From assembly GCA_965603825.1 (NCBI GenBank), contig CBFDEM010000027.1:558001-622000 (forward strand): DNA of 64,000 bases, given 5' to 3'. Of this stretch, positions 50,436-62,546 are shown piece by piece. Origin of the DNA: Blepharisma stoltei ATCC 30299 (Eukaryota > Protista > Ciliophora). The translations under genes were made by a program, and so were the position numbers. The notes below the pieces were generated by a model that ran no database searches, was not told the DNA's origin, and was given only the letters and a program-made list of their open reading frames with translations. Numbering within the stretch: the first letter of the stretch is position 1; each line of letters starts with the position of its first letter.

Positions 50436-50699
50436 ATTTGATAATTTAATAAAAAAATCATTCTTTTACCGTTGCATTTATTTTTCTGACTTCATTGATT
50501 TGGATATAATTGATAAGTATGATTATAAAATAGTTTTTTAATAAGTTATAATCATTAATTACTATTCTAAAATCGATTGCTCAAATATTGGCTATAGATA
50601 ATATGACTATGTTTATTTCAATATCAACAATAATTATATAATGGCTATAATGAATAAAATTATTTATAACTCAGTATGGGTTCTGACCGTTGGGAAATT

Positions 50700-51345
50700 A
50701 TCAGCCACAATAGAAACTTTTGAAGCGATTATAGAGAGCAGAAAGTTCGAAAATAACATATCACTGTATCCTGAACTTGACTCATTGTTGAAAAAGCACC
50801 AGCTTTACATCAATTAGATTTTTATGCTGTTAATGCAATGCAGACCATTTATCGTATCTAGAATGGTCTCTTTAGGGCTAGGCTTCGACTGTGCAAGCAA
50901 ACAAGAGCTTGAGTTCATCAAAGCAGCAAATGCGAATATAGAAAATGATGTAATATTTTCACAGCCTATCAAATCAAGCAGAGACCTCACAGCAATATTG
51001 AACCTTGGGGTGAAATATGTGACCCTTGACTGTGCAAAAAAGCTTCAAAAAATTGCAAGCTTTGGGGTGCCGAATCTGAAAATGGTACAAGGTTGGTTTT
51101 TTACCCTGATTTTTTACCAAAATCAAAAAATGGAGAAGGAAGCATAAAGGTGACTTCAGCATTATATGGACCGACTTTTAATGGACTAGATAAAATAGTT
51201 GAATGCTATTTCGAAAATGCTGAAACATGATGGCACTCGAAAATACGGAGCTTATAATCAATTTTTGGCTACTGGTTTTAATGGGATTCCAATGGCATCG
51301 AACTCAAAACTATATATACTCGAGCAAGATTTCGTTGCAAATTAA
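50700..51345 (+). pseudogene. Ornithine decarboxylase-like pseudogene (tandem duplicate of the downstream gene)
   Basis: Clear nucleotide similarity to 51590..52795, frameshifts around the FYAVKCN motif and large internal deletion. Confidence 0.85.
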
Positions 51346-51589
51346 TAAAGTTAATTGTATGGCAAGCTAATTTAATTAGAGCTAAAAATATTAATATTAG
51401 AGCCTTGAAGTATAAAAAAGCAGTTCATTTAGTTAAGATCTATTTCAGATGAAATTTTCCGTATATTATGCATATATTTTAATCCTATTTCATGGCAATG
51501 ATTATTAAGCTTATCATAGAATCTTTTTGTCTCACTTTTTCTCTATTGAATTATTTATTCTCTTTTAATCTAATTATTACATCGCTATT

Positions 51590-52795
51590 ATGTCCAAAAT
51601 AGTTGATCAAGAAGGATGGTCCTTGGAACTTGAAGCCAATAAAAGCACAAAAGAAATTTTTGAAGCTATTTTAGAAAGCAGAAATTTCGAAAACAACATA
51701 TCGCTTTATGATATTGCAAAGCTTGGCCTCGTTTTAGAGAAATGATATCAGCTTTTGCCGTCAATCAGACCTTTTTATGCAGTCAAATGCAATCCTGATC
51801 CATTTGTTGTATCTAGAATGGTTTCTCTAGGCATAGGCTTTGACTGTGCAAGCAAGCATGAGCTTGAGTTAGTTAAATCTTCAAATGCAAATATAGAAAA
51901 TGACGTAATCTTTGCACAAACCATCAAATCAAATCGAGACCTTGCAGCGATCTCAAATCTTAGTGTTAAATACGCAACCTTTGATTGTGTCGAAGAACTT
52001 CGAAAAATTGCAAACTTCGGACTTCCCAACCTAAAACTAGTCTTGAGAATATTTGAAATTGACGAAAAGGCTATTTTAAGCTTCAGACATAAGTTTGGAG
52101 CAATTAAAACTGATTGGGTGAATATATTTGAAGAAGCTGTAAAACTAGGCATTGATATTGCTGGGGTGAGCTTTAATGTTGGCTCAAGAGTTAAAGATAC
52201 AAACGCTTATTTCAGAGCTATAAGAGCTGCTGATGAAGTATGAAATCTAGGAGAACAATATGGGTTTAATATGCATCTTTTAGATATAGGAGGAGGCTTT
52301 ACTTTTCAAAATTTTGAAAACGCAGCAGAAGAAATCAACAGAGGGATAAACCAGTATTTCTCAGAAAGAAAAGTGCAGATAATTTCAGAGCCAGGCATTT
52401 TTTTCGCAGAAACAATAGTTTCAAGCTGCTTTTCAATTGTTGGGAAAAGGTCAAGAATTATAAATGGGGAAAATAAAGTTGATTATTTTTTGTCAGATGG
52501 ATTAATAGGGACTTTTTCAAGCTTAAGGTTTTATTCAGATATTATTCCTAAACCAATATTGCTGGGAAGGAATAGAGGAGAAGGTCAAAAGGTGCTTTCA
52601 ACATTATATGGGCCAACATGCAATGGACTGGATAAAATTGTTGAATGCGAATTTGAAGATGCAGAGATCGGAGATATGGTAGCTTTCGAAAACATGGGAG
52701 CTTATAATCAAGCTTTAGCTACTGATTTTAACGGAATTCCTATGGCTTCCAATACAAAGCTTTACATTTTTGAGCAAGATTCCGTTACAAATTAA
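51590..52795 (+). CDS. Ornithine decarboxylase-family (group IV PLP) protein with atypical active-site residues
   Basis: K-W(TGA)..PFYAVKCN, GFDCAS, KFGA, LDIGGGF, EPG, GPTC, MGAY; two TGA=Trp. Confidence 0.9.
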
Positions 52796-53089
52796 TTTAT
52801 TTAATAAACTTATATACATATTTATCAATCTTAATATTCTATACTAGCATTTTCTCTATAAACTTCTTTAGGTTTAGGTATAGAAATTAATTTTTATATC
52901 CGAAGGCTTAAACCTTTACAATTACGTGAAAATCAATAAATCTAAATATTTCGTTGAAAATTAACCTATTTCTCTTTGAGTATCATCACTTAAAAGACAT
53001 TTTTTAAAGTTGGAGAGTATTAATTCACCATATCAATTATTTCAAACTTAACCTGCAAAAGTAGCAAATTCTATTAATTTTGTGAACTA

Positions 53090-53812
53090 ATGGTACAATG
53101 GTATCCTCTATTCAGCATCAGATTCCTTCTCTGCCAATGTATCATTGGTGCAATCGGCTATTCCATTTATTATCATGATAAATACTTGTAATTTTAAGTC
53201 AGATGCGACTTGATTTTTGTATGCTGGACTTACTCCCTGCTTGCTCTCTGTCTACAAGCACACGTCATTATATCATGCACCAAGAATAAAGCCTCATGCG
53301 CCTCTGTCTATTTAGCAGCTTTTCATATTCCTGTTATATATCTTGACTTCATAGGTGGAGCAATTTATTTTGTTATTAGTGGCCTTCCTTCATGCTACCA
53401 CGACCAAGGGCAGCTGGCAATAATCGGAGCATTTATCTTATTTGTGGCTTTTAATTGTCTCAATTTATTGGCCTCATCCTGCATAATGCTGTCTCATGTA
53501 TCAATTATTTAGAGAAGAAGGCAATTGAGAAGACGAGAAAATGAAAATTTAAGCTATTTATTGGATGCGAACCAGCAGGATATTGGAATTAATAGAGGAA
53601 ATATACAGGAGCCAAATAATATACATTGGATGAAGGAGCTTAAAGTAACTAGGGCCATGCTAAATATGCCCTGCACTATTTGTTTGGAAAATTTTATACA
53701 GAGTGAAAAATTTGTGGAGCTGCCTTGTCTGCATGCTTTTCACCCCAAGTGTATCATGAGGTGGCATATGGTAGATCATAGCTGCCCAATGTGCCGACAA
53801 AGATTAGATTAA
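53090..53812 (+). CDS. Multipass membrane RING-H2 E3 ligase; introns 53188-53202, 53498-53512
   Basis: Four hydrophobic segments then CTICLE..LPCLHAFH..CI..W..CPMCR. Confidence 0.85.
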
Positions 53813-53861
53813 TATAATTTATATTTTTATTTTAAAATAATTTTTTAATAGAAAATGCATA

Positions 53862-55958
53862 TTAATTAGACAGTTTTCTTAGTCTTGTTTTTGATCTTGT
53901 TTGGACAGAAAAATTAATCTGGTTATTGCAGCTGTCGCAGTATCATTCTTTTTTAGGAGCCTTTTTTAAACCAATGCAAGAAAAATGGACTACTTTAGGA
54001 CAGGCTTCACATTGGATTAGTCTTCCTCCATTTTCGCAGAAAAAGCAAACTTTCTCATGCTCAAATTTTTCAAGATTTTCTGGTTCTTTTGATTTTTCTT
54101 CGTCTTTAGGTATTTTTGTGTCTGTTTCATAGGCCATGCTTTCTTGTTTCTTTTCAATATAACTATTTAATATCGTAGAATAAATTTCTATATCAAGAGT
54201 CAGCTGCCCTAAAGTTGTAATTGATTGTGTTAAATTTTCCCAAAAACTGTGGTAATCACCTAAGTCCTGCCATATTCTGATAGAGACTTTGCGATATTTA
54301 TGCTTTTCTTCCTCCTGGTTTTGGGTTGAAACTGAAAGCCTTAGTGGGTTTGAGGATTTTTGAGAATGCTCAAGCATGAGAATTGCTAAATCTTGAGGGG
54401 TTTGGGATTGGGTGACTTCTTTTCTTCAGTCTTCTAATCTTTCATTGCTATCTCATTGTTTTTGCCCCTTCTTGAGGAAGCTTGAAAATTTTTTATCTAA
54501 GTCAAGCATTATTTGTTTCAGGTCTTCTAAGCCTAGACTTCTGCCTTCAAATATAGAGCATTCATTAATATAGAAAGCCCCAGTTTCATTTTCTGAAGTA
54601 ATTAATTTGGTTTTTACAGTTTTTAAGCCTTCAATCAATTTTGATTCTTTCAATCCTCTTATTCAAAGAGCTGCGATTAGGCTATCGATTTGACTTTGGT
54701 TAGTGTAAACATACCATGGATTCGCATTATTTAATGAATCTGTACTTTCGCCTTGCTTTTTGTATGGTTTGACATATATCCGAGACGCATCAAATTCAAA
54801 AAAATAATATTCGTTCAAATCGCTGTCAGTGCCAATTGGACTGGTTCGAATATGGATTTTTTCAATTTTTTGATTAATGCTTTCAAATTGCTTGTGGAGT
54901 TTTTGTATTTTTTCTGATGATTTTCTTATTCCTGCATCTTTTATTTCACAGTTTTGGCATTCTATATCTCTTATCTGAGTCATAATCAGCCCTTTTTCTC
55001 TGATTAAATCTGTCTTTAGTTCAATTCTTTTGGACAATTCTTCATGGATTTCTCTAAAATCAAATACAGAATTTAATAAAAATATTAAAATCCCAACCTT
55101 TTCTTCAAAGCTATAATCAAAATAGCAATTTTCAATAGGAAATTCTTCACTTTTTTGCAGTATATTTTCAATAATAGTATCCTCAGAATAATCTTTGAAT
55201 AATGGAAGTCTCATAACTTCATTAACTAAGGTCAACCATGAATAAGGAAGAATTTTATTGGCATCAAAAACCTCTCGAAGTTGGGATATGGAATATAAAA
55301 ATCCAGTATCTATATTTAAGGTTTCGTTAGAGTTTTCTTTTTCTAATATATGACTTATTAGTAGCTTTATAATGGACAGATGTAATTCTTTGATAAGATT
55401 GGTTTCTTCATTAGCTCTTAAACTCTCATATAGCTGTTCTATAGAAAATGGGGTCATTTTAAAAATTTCTTGAAAAGTAAATACACTATCACAAATGAAC
55501 AGCAAATCTTCTATTTTTTCTGTTTCAAATTTAAGCTTTTCTGGACTAGGTAGTTCTTCATTCCTTATTTCTTCTAAAGTTTTGGCGTGTTCAGGCAATC
55601 TGCCATTATTATTTTTCGTACTGACGTTTTGAGAGTTTAATCCATTATTTGAATCTTCAATGTATTGGGTTTGAAAAAAAGATACACAAAATGAGCAGTA
55701 AAGAGTACTGTATGACAAACTCGGATTGTAAAAACTGGCACAAATTGGATGATATGAGTTTGAACAATTTTGACATATCAGAAAAGCTTCTGGTCCGTGA
55801 CACACGGCACATCGAAAATCATTTAATGAATTCATGGGAATAAAACTAAGAGGTATTAGGGCAGTATTTTGTGTGAATCTGCCATTATTTTTTTCTTGGC
55901 TGCCCTCGATACTTTCATAGTTCGAGTTAAGATGATCAGTCATTCCTCTCGCTATCAT
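53862..55958 (-). CDS. PHD-DDT-WHIM/WSD-PHD chromatin protein (ACF1/BAZ-like ISWI partner)
   Basis: N-terminal PHD, DLLFICDSVFTFQEIF..PFS (DDT-like), RTSPIGTD..YYFF, C-terminal PHD whose conserved Trp is TGA (PKKE-W-YCDSC). Confidence 0.8.
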
Positions 55959-56293
55959 ACTTTTATTGTTGCGTTTATTACGGAATAAAAATGGATCAAA
56001 TTTAAATTTAAACCAGTGACTAGCCTCTGCTATAGTTTATTATTTCTCAATAAAAATTTTTATTGTTTTCAGACAAAATTCTATAATACCAATTATATTT
56101 ATATAATAAAATCTCTGCATTTTTTTGTCTTATAATTATACAATATATAAATAAAATTATCGATATCGAATTTCTATGTTTTTAAATTTATTTATGTTAA
56201 TTCCTCACAATATATCAAGGATATATCGAACGAATTGCTATAGAGCTTAGTTTTAAAGAAAATAATTAAAATTAGCCTCTACAAGAATCAATA

Positions 56294-56764
56294 TTAATCA
56301 TACTCATCCACATCTTCAGTCATCTTAATTTCTCTCTCTTCTGCTTGACTATTTTGCTGGGCTGATGCTAAAAGCTTTTCTTGTTCTTCGATGAGCTCAT
56401 CATGAGATTTTCCTGATTTCTGAAGCTTAAGCTGCAAACTTGGCTTATTCTAAGTTAATTTTACTGATTTCATGTCTTCATATGCAGCGATTTCTTTCTC
56501 AAGCTCTTCTTTATTGATAGGGAAGTGCATTGACTCAAGCGCGGCAAAAACATTATCTGGCACAATTGTTTTCTTTCCTTTTGCTACGCAGTCAGAATAG
56601 GATTTTGAGACAAGCTCATGGATAAACGCTAAATTATTCTTACTTAGTGCAACCCCTCCTATTGCGTCGGATATCTCAACAGAACTGTTTCTTAAAGATG
56701 GGCTGGTGTATTTTTTCACTAGCGCCTTAACAGATGAGCGTGGCAAAACTATCTCTGATTCCAT
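56294..56764 (-). CDS. DR1: NC2 beta / Dr1 histone-fold transcription cofactor; introns 56629-56643, 56450-56464
   Basis: LPRSSV..FIH..KKTI.P..V..AL..F histone fold and SG...ELIEEQEKLL..A tail. Confidence 0.8.
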
Positions 56765-57159
56765 ATACTTTTATAAAAAGTTAATCAACACAAAATTTGG
56801 TTATTAATTTCTTGGGGTTTGAGCTGAATTAGCATCTCATAATAATTCATATATATGACACTTCTAAATCCATTATGAGATATAATAATTTTCATATAAA
56901 TAATGCTAAAAATAAGTATTTTAGGAGTCTTGAATATTTCTTGCTTTGAACTTGTGGCAGATTAGATAAGAAATAATCCAGATATACTTATAATTAATAT
57001 ATCTTGAATAAGAGATTAATTATAGTAAAAGATTGATAGATTCTTCAATAAACAATCAACCCTTTAAAAGATCAAAAACTAATTTTGCAACAAAATCTAA
57101 GCATTATCATTTAATTTGATTATTCATAGATAAATTACTGAGCCTGCCTCTCAATTCTC

Positions 57160-57357
57160 TTAAGAGCTCTTTCCATGATAAATTCCTCTTCTTATTTCAA
57201 TATCCCTTTGTCTTTGTTGTTCTTCTAGTTCTCTTTGATGGGCTTCAATCATATCAGTATATTGATTTTTATCAAGCCCTATCACTTCTACCAATACTTC
57301 TCCTCAGAATTTAGTCTCATCCCACAATCAATTACCAAAATTTTTGACCGACTCCAT
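57160..57357 (-). CDS. 65-aa microprotein, FAM177-like, absent from the ORF track (two TGA=Trp)
   Basis: MESVKNFGNWLWDETKFWGEVLVEVIGLDKNQYTDMIEAHQRELEEQQRQ...; AAATG context, AT-rich flanks. Confidence 0.6.
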
Positions 57358-57434
57358 TTCCAATTAAATCCAAATTTTATTAATTTAAAAATTTTTTATT
57401 CTAATTGAATTCGCAATAAAATAAATTAATAATA

Positions 57435-60400
57435 TTAGTACCTTATGTTTTCATCTCTTTTTCTTTTTCCATCATTACTATTTCTGCTCATTGAGCTTAG
57501 CGGCCTGCTAGCATTACAATTTTTAAGTCTCAAAGGAAGAGGAGAGGATTCATGTGTTGCAGAGCTTGATGGTGTGCTGTATTCTGTGCCTTTATCATCA
57601 TATTTCTCCTTTGAAAACTCTTCATATGAGGAATTTTCCATAAAGCTCGGTATAAATGACCGATTTAAAGTTATTGGAGGTTTAGCTCTTATATTGCTTG
57701 AAGGTCTTGGCTTAGTAGGTCTCTCTGATCTATATTTCTCGATTTCTCTTATAAGTGATTCTTTTCTTTTTTCAAGCCTCTCAATCAGATCTTGTGACTC
57801 ATTCTTTTGCTGGAGAAAAATGTCCCTTTCTAAAGCCCACTTTGCTTTTTCCTTTTCATGTTCTAAAAATATCTGACTTTTTTGATGGTCACTTTCCTTT
57901 ACTTTTTGTTCAAGTTCAACAAATTTATTTTTAAAATTTTCTTTTTCGTTTTTAATAAAATCTGCTAATTCTTTGATTTTTTTGTCTTTTTGCTTTATAA
58001 AAACTTCAAATTCTGATTTTAATTTTTGCTCATTTTCTATTAGTTCATTGATTTTTTTTTCATAATTTTCGTTTTGGTAATAATTATTTTTCTTTGAGCC
58101 TAATTCATCTTTGGCAGCTTGAAGCTCTCTATCTAGTAGGCTTATTTTGTTATTTAATTCGTTTATAGTAGCAAGATTAGTTTCTTGGATTTCTTTAATT
58201 TGGTTGCTATATCTGCTTTCTACTGAAGCAATAAGCGACGCTGTAGCAGTTTCTATTTTGTCTTTTTCATGCATTTCTCGTTTTTGGAGCTGCTCTAATG
58301 CTATATCAAACTTTTTCTGGTGGTCAGCTAGGTCGTTTCTAGCTTGATCCCTTTGAGAAAGCAAAAAGTTAAATTTGTTCTCCCATAGAATTTTGTCTCT
58401 TTCTGCTAAAATTTGCAGTTCATTTACCTTATGTTCCAGCTCAGTAGATCTTGCTCTTAGTGCATCACAATCATTTAAAACTGATGATTTATCTTTAAAA
58501 ACTATTCCTCCTCTTAACGCTAATTGCTCTTGAAGATCTTTAATTTCTGAGCTCAGTCTATTTTCAATTTCATCTTTTTTGTTATTAACATGAGCTAAAT
58601 TTTCTTCTAATAAAGCTTTTTCTTTTTCCAAAATATTTACTTGACGAATATGTTTCATTTCTAGTTCTTTGGTTGCTTTACGTTTTTCCTCTAGTTTTTT
58701 TTCTGCATATTCTTTTTCTAAGCTGAGTTTCTCAACCATTTCTGACAGTTCTTGTCCATTTTCAGTTTTCCATGATTTGATTGAATCATTATATTTAACG
58801 GAGTTTTCCTGAAGCGATTTTTCAAGATCTGCTATTTTTTTAGCTTGGAATTCAATATGCTGATTTGCTAGAGCTATCTCTCGCTTATAGTCGCTTTTCT
58901 TTTTATTTACTTCATCAGCAAGCTTATGATTTGCTTTTTTGGCAGATTCGATTCTTTCAATATATGAAACTCTTTCTTTATTAAATTGCTCTTTTAGCTC
59001 ATCAAGCTCTCTATCTAAATTTTTAATTTTTGATTCATTTTGTTCAGTTTTGAAAATAAAATTTGCAATTTCTCGATCTTTGAATGCAGCTTCGTTACTT
59101 AATTTTTCAATTTTTTCTGAAAGCAGGACTCTTTCATTGTTGAAAGATTGTAACTGGCTTTCAGAAGCTTGAGTATGTGAGTTTTGGATTAACGATAGCT
59201 GCTCTTTAGTGTTTTGCAGATAATTTTCAAGATTTTCTATTTTTTGAGAATATAAAGCAATTTTGTTGTTATGCTGCTGGGTCTCTTGAGCACTAGCTTC
59301 TTGCATCTCTCTAAGCTCTTCATGAAGAGAATTGATTTCTTCTTCATACCTTTCCTGCTCCTCTCTAAGTCTATTTTCATATTCTTCACAAGCCAATGCA
59401 TATTTTTTATCATATCTTTCTTTTTCATATTTAGTTCGTTGCTCAATAGCCTGCTTTTCATTGGTCATTAATTGTTTAATTTGATTAAGAACTTGATCAT
59501 TATCTCTTTTCAAAGAGTCTACTTCTTTTCCATGGTTGGCATTCAATTCTTCGATTCTGAGCTCAAGGTCCTTAATTCTCTTTTTCAATCTTGCCTCATT
59601 ATCCTCATTTGCAGAATTTTCAGCATAATTTTTATTTTTTTCTTGAAGCTGGATTTTCTCTTGTTTTACATTTTCTATGATATTTAATAGCTCATTTTGC
59701 TTTATAGTAGCTTCATTAAGAAGAGAATTATACTGAGTTTCAGCTAGTTCTTTACCTTGTTTAAGTCCTTTAATGTTTTCATTTAAATTTTTGATAAGGT
59801 CTTCGTATTTTGATTCTGTTTCTTTTATTTGGTCTGTGTGGGATGATTTTAGTTTTTCTATTTCAAATAGCAGATCTTCTTCTTTAGGGGAAAGACTAAC
59901 TTGTCCAATGGTATAAAGCATGCTTTCATGCGATTTTCTTTCGTCTTCTAAATTATTTTTTGTCTCTAGCAGGTCTTGCTCTAAAAATTCTATTTTCTGC
60001 TGAAGAATTGCAATTTCTTTTTGGCTTTGAGATTGAGAATTCAATGCAAATGTATCTTTTTCCCTTAGATTTCCTTCTGTTTCATGGAGTTTTTCACGCA
60101 AGTGCTGAATTTCTAACTCAGCTGATTGTTGAAGATTTTTTAATTCCTGCTTATAAAAAATTTCTTTTTTATCAAATTTTGTTTTCAAAAGCTGGGTTTC
60201 TTCTTTTGTTTCTTTTATAATATTAGATAGCTGTTCTTCATTTCTATTCAGAAGGATTTTGAACTTTTCAATTTCTGTATCTTTTTCAAAGATAATTCTT
60301 TCAAGCTCGTTGAATTTTTCTGTTTCTTGGAGGACTTGAGCTTGAAGATCTGCTATATAATTTTCATGTTTGGCATTAATATCTTTGACAGCTTGTGTAT

Positions 60401-60944
60401 ACATTTGTTTTTGTGTTTTTACTTCATTAGAAATCTTTTTCTCCCTTATTAGGCCTTCTTCCAAAGAAGCCTCTAGGAAAGAAATTTTTTGTTCTAGTAA
60501 AGCAATTTCTTGTGATTTTTCAGCTTTTAAATGAAATATCTCGTCTTCGAATTCTTTAATTTTTTCTTCTAATGATAAATCCTTATTTTCTTTTTCAGGT
60601 GGCTGACTCTGGTATTTATCATTTATTTTTTCATTTCTTTCAGTGGTGCTTTGAGAGGTTTCAATCCAGGATTCCAAGAGTTCCTCTTCATCAATTTTTG
60701 AATTTTCGTTTTTTTCTGTAATGGCTATTTGCAGACTTTCTGTCTTTTCTTCACAAGCTGGGTTATTTATGGCTTCATTTTCAGCTTCTGAATTTTCGTC
60801 AATTAATTCATTTTGGCTTTCAACATCATTTTCTCATTTTTCTGAAGAATACTCTGATGATGAATAGTTTTCTTTCGTCTCGGTTGCTTCTTCGTCTGAA
60901 GATTCTTCGCTGTAGATGTCTATTGTTTCTTGTATATCTCCCAT
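57435..60944 (-). CDS. Long coiled-coil protein (~1169 aa) with acidic N-terminus
   Basis: ORF 57435..60677 extends upstream through one TGA to ATG at 60944. Confidence 0.8.
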
Positions 60945-61449
60945 TTTAATTTAAATTATGAATAAGGATAAGGTGATAAAATATTTAAAAGTAGCGCCTT
61001 CATTTTTTTATCATTTCATATTATTTTGTAGGTGGCTTCCTAAAATTGAAGGCAATTTTTTTTGAAAATCAATTAAATTTAATATATTCCATACTATTTT
61101 GTGTGAATTTTCTTAAATGATCTTAAAGTAAGCTTTATTTACTAAAAATCTAAATTTATTAAGGTTCTCTTTGATTTTAAAAGCTGTTTATTATATATTT
61201 TTGATTATATCAATATTTAGGTTTCCGTTTATTTATGAGAAAAGTGTATTAAAGCTGCAATTGATTAAATAAATATAAATTTAAGATTATGTTTATTTCT
61301 GGCAATGCTAATATGGCTTTAGCCTTAAGTGATTATTCTGATTAAGAATCTGCAAAATCTAAAATAGCTTTTAAATATCAACAACCTAATATATTCTATG
61401 TAATTATTCACCACTTCAAAATTCAGATAAATGAAAATTATTCTTTAAA

Positions 61450-62481
61450 ATGAAATCTCAGGAATTAATTGATACCCCTGTTTTTATTTATTCCGATACA
61501 ACATTCGAGACTTTAAGAGAAATAAATGAAGACGCTAGCCCAAATATCAATTATGAAAATCTAGACGACTACACTACTCTATCTAAAGATGAAATTCAAG
61601 ATATACCAGGTGGATGACTCTATTCAAGATACACAGAACAGCATATAGAAAAAATGCGCCTATTCCATATACTTGGCGTAGCCTTTGAGGCGATTGGACT
61701 GCTTCTTGGAGAAGCTTTAGTAGCAAGCGATACATATCATAGCGTCAATTCATTCTCCCCACAGCATTTCTTTATTCTTGCTGGGTGGATTTTTATTTTA
61801 TCATTAGGAATATTCTTTCTCTATATGCTCTACAGCCAAACATTAGCTTCCAGAGAAATCATGGTAAATCAATTAGGCTATCTGGCATTTGCTGTTTATG
61901 CATTAAACAGTATTTATTTATCACTAAGAAACTTCACAGAATTGCTATTTGTAAACATCATCTGCACAGTTCTTCTAACTGCATTGATGATTATTGTATT
62001 TAGATTACATAGAAGGGTAAAGTATGAGGATGACGGACGATATGTGGTTTCTCGATCAGTATTTTTAGGAGTCCATGCAAAAATTAGTTTATTACTTGGA
62101 TGACTTTTAATTCTTTTCCTCCACAGAATTTTCATCTGTTTATCCTTCTCCGAAACATCCTACAATCTCCTAGGCTGGCCCAACGAAAACTGGTCAATTT
62201 TAGCATTATGCTTGGCCTTCGCAATTGGTGTAATTTTTATGAGTACATATAAAGACGTTTTTTACGCCATATCTTTAGTCTATTCCTTTATTGGCATTTA
62301 TGTCATGCAGAACCACAGCCATATATGCAAATCCGTGATGCAAGAAAACTGTAGCGAAGAAGTAGGGACTTGTGCTATAGCATTGGCATCAATTTTTCTT
62401 ATATTCATCCTCATCACCTTGATCTTTTATTATGACACTGTCTGCTACAAAAAGCGCCGAATTGTCCCCAGCAACCTATAG
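61450..62481 (+). CDS. Multipass membrane protein of unknown function
   Basis: Single frame with two TGA; about eight hydrophobic segments; ends TAG. Confidence 0.7.
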
Positions 62482-62546
62482 CCTGCTATTCTAATAAACC
62501 CAATCCTAACTAATTCATAAACTGATAATCAATCAGTTACTTTAAA

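Noticed and set aside
57445-60220. Numerous short plus-strand S/F/L-rich ORFs
   Set aside because: Antisense shadows of the E/K-rich coiled-coil gene; the same applies to similar ORFs elsewhere.
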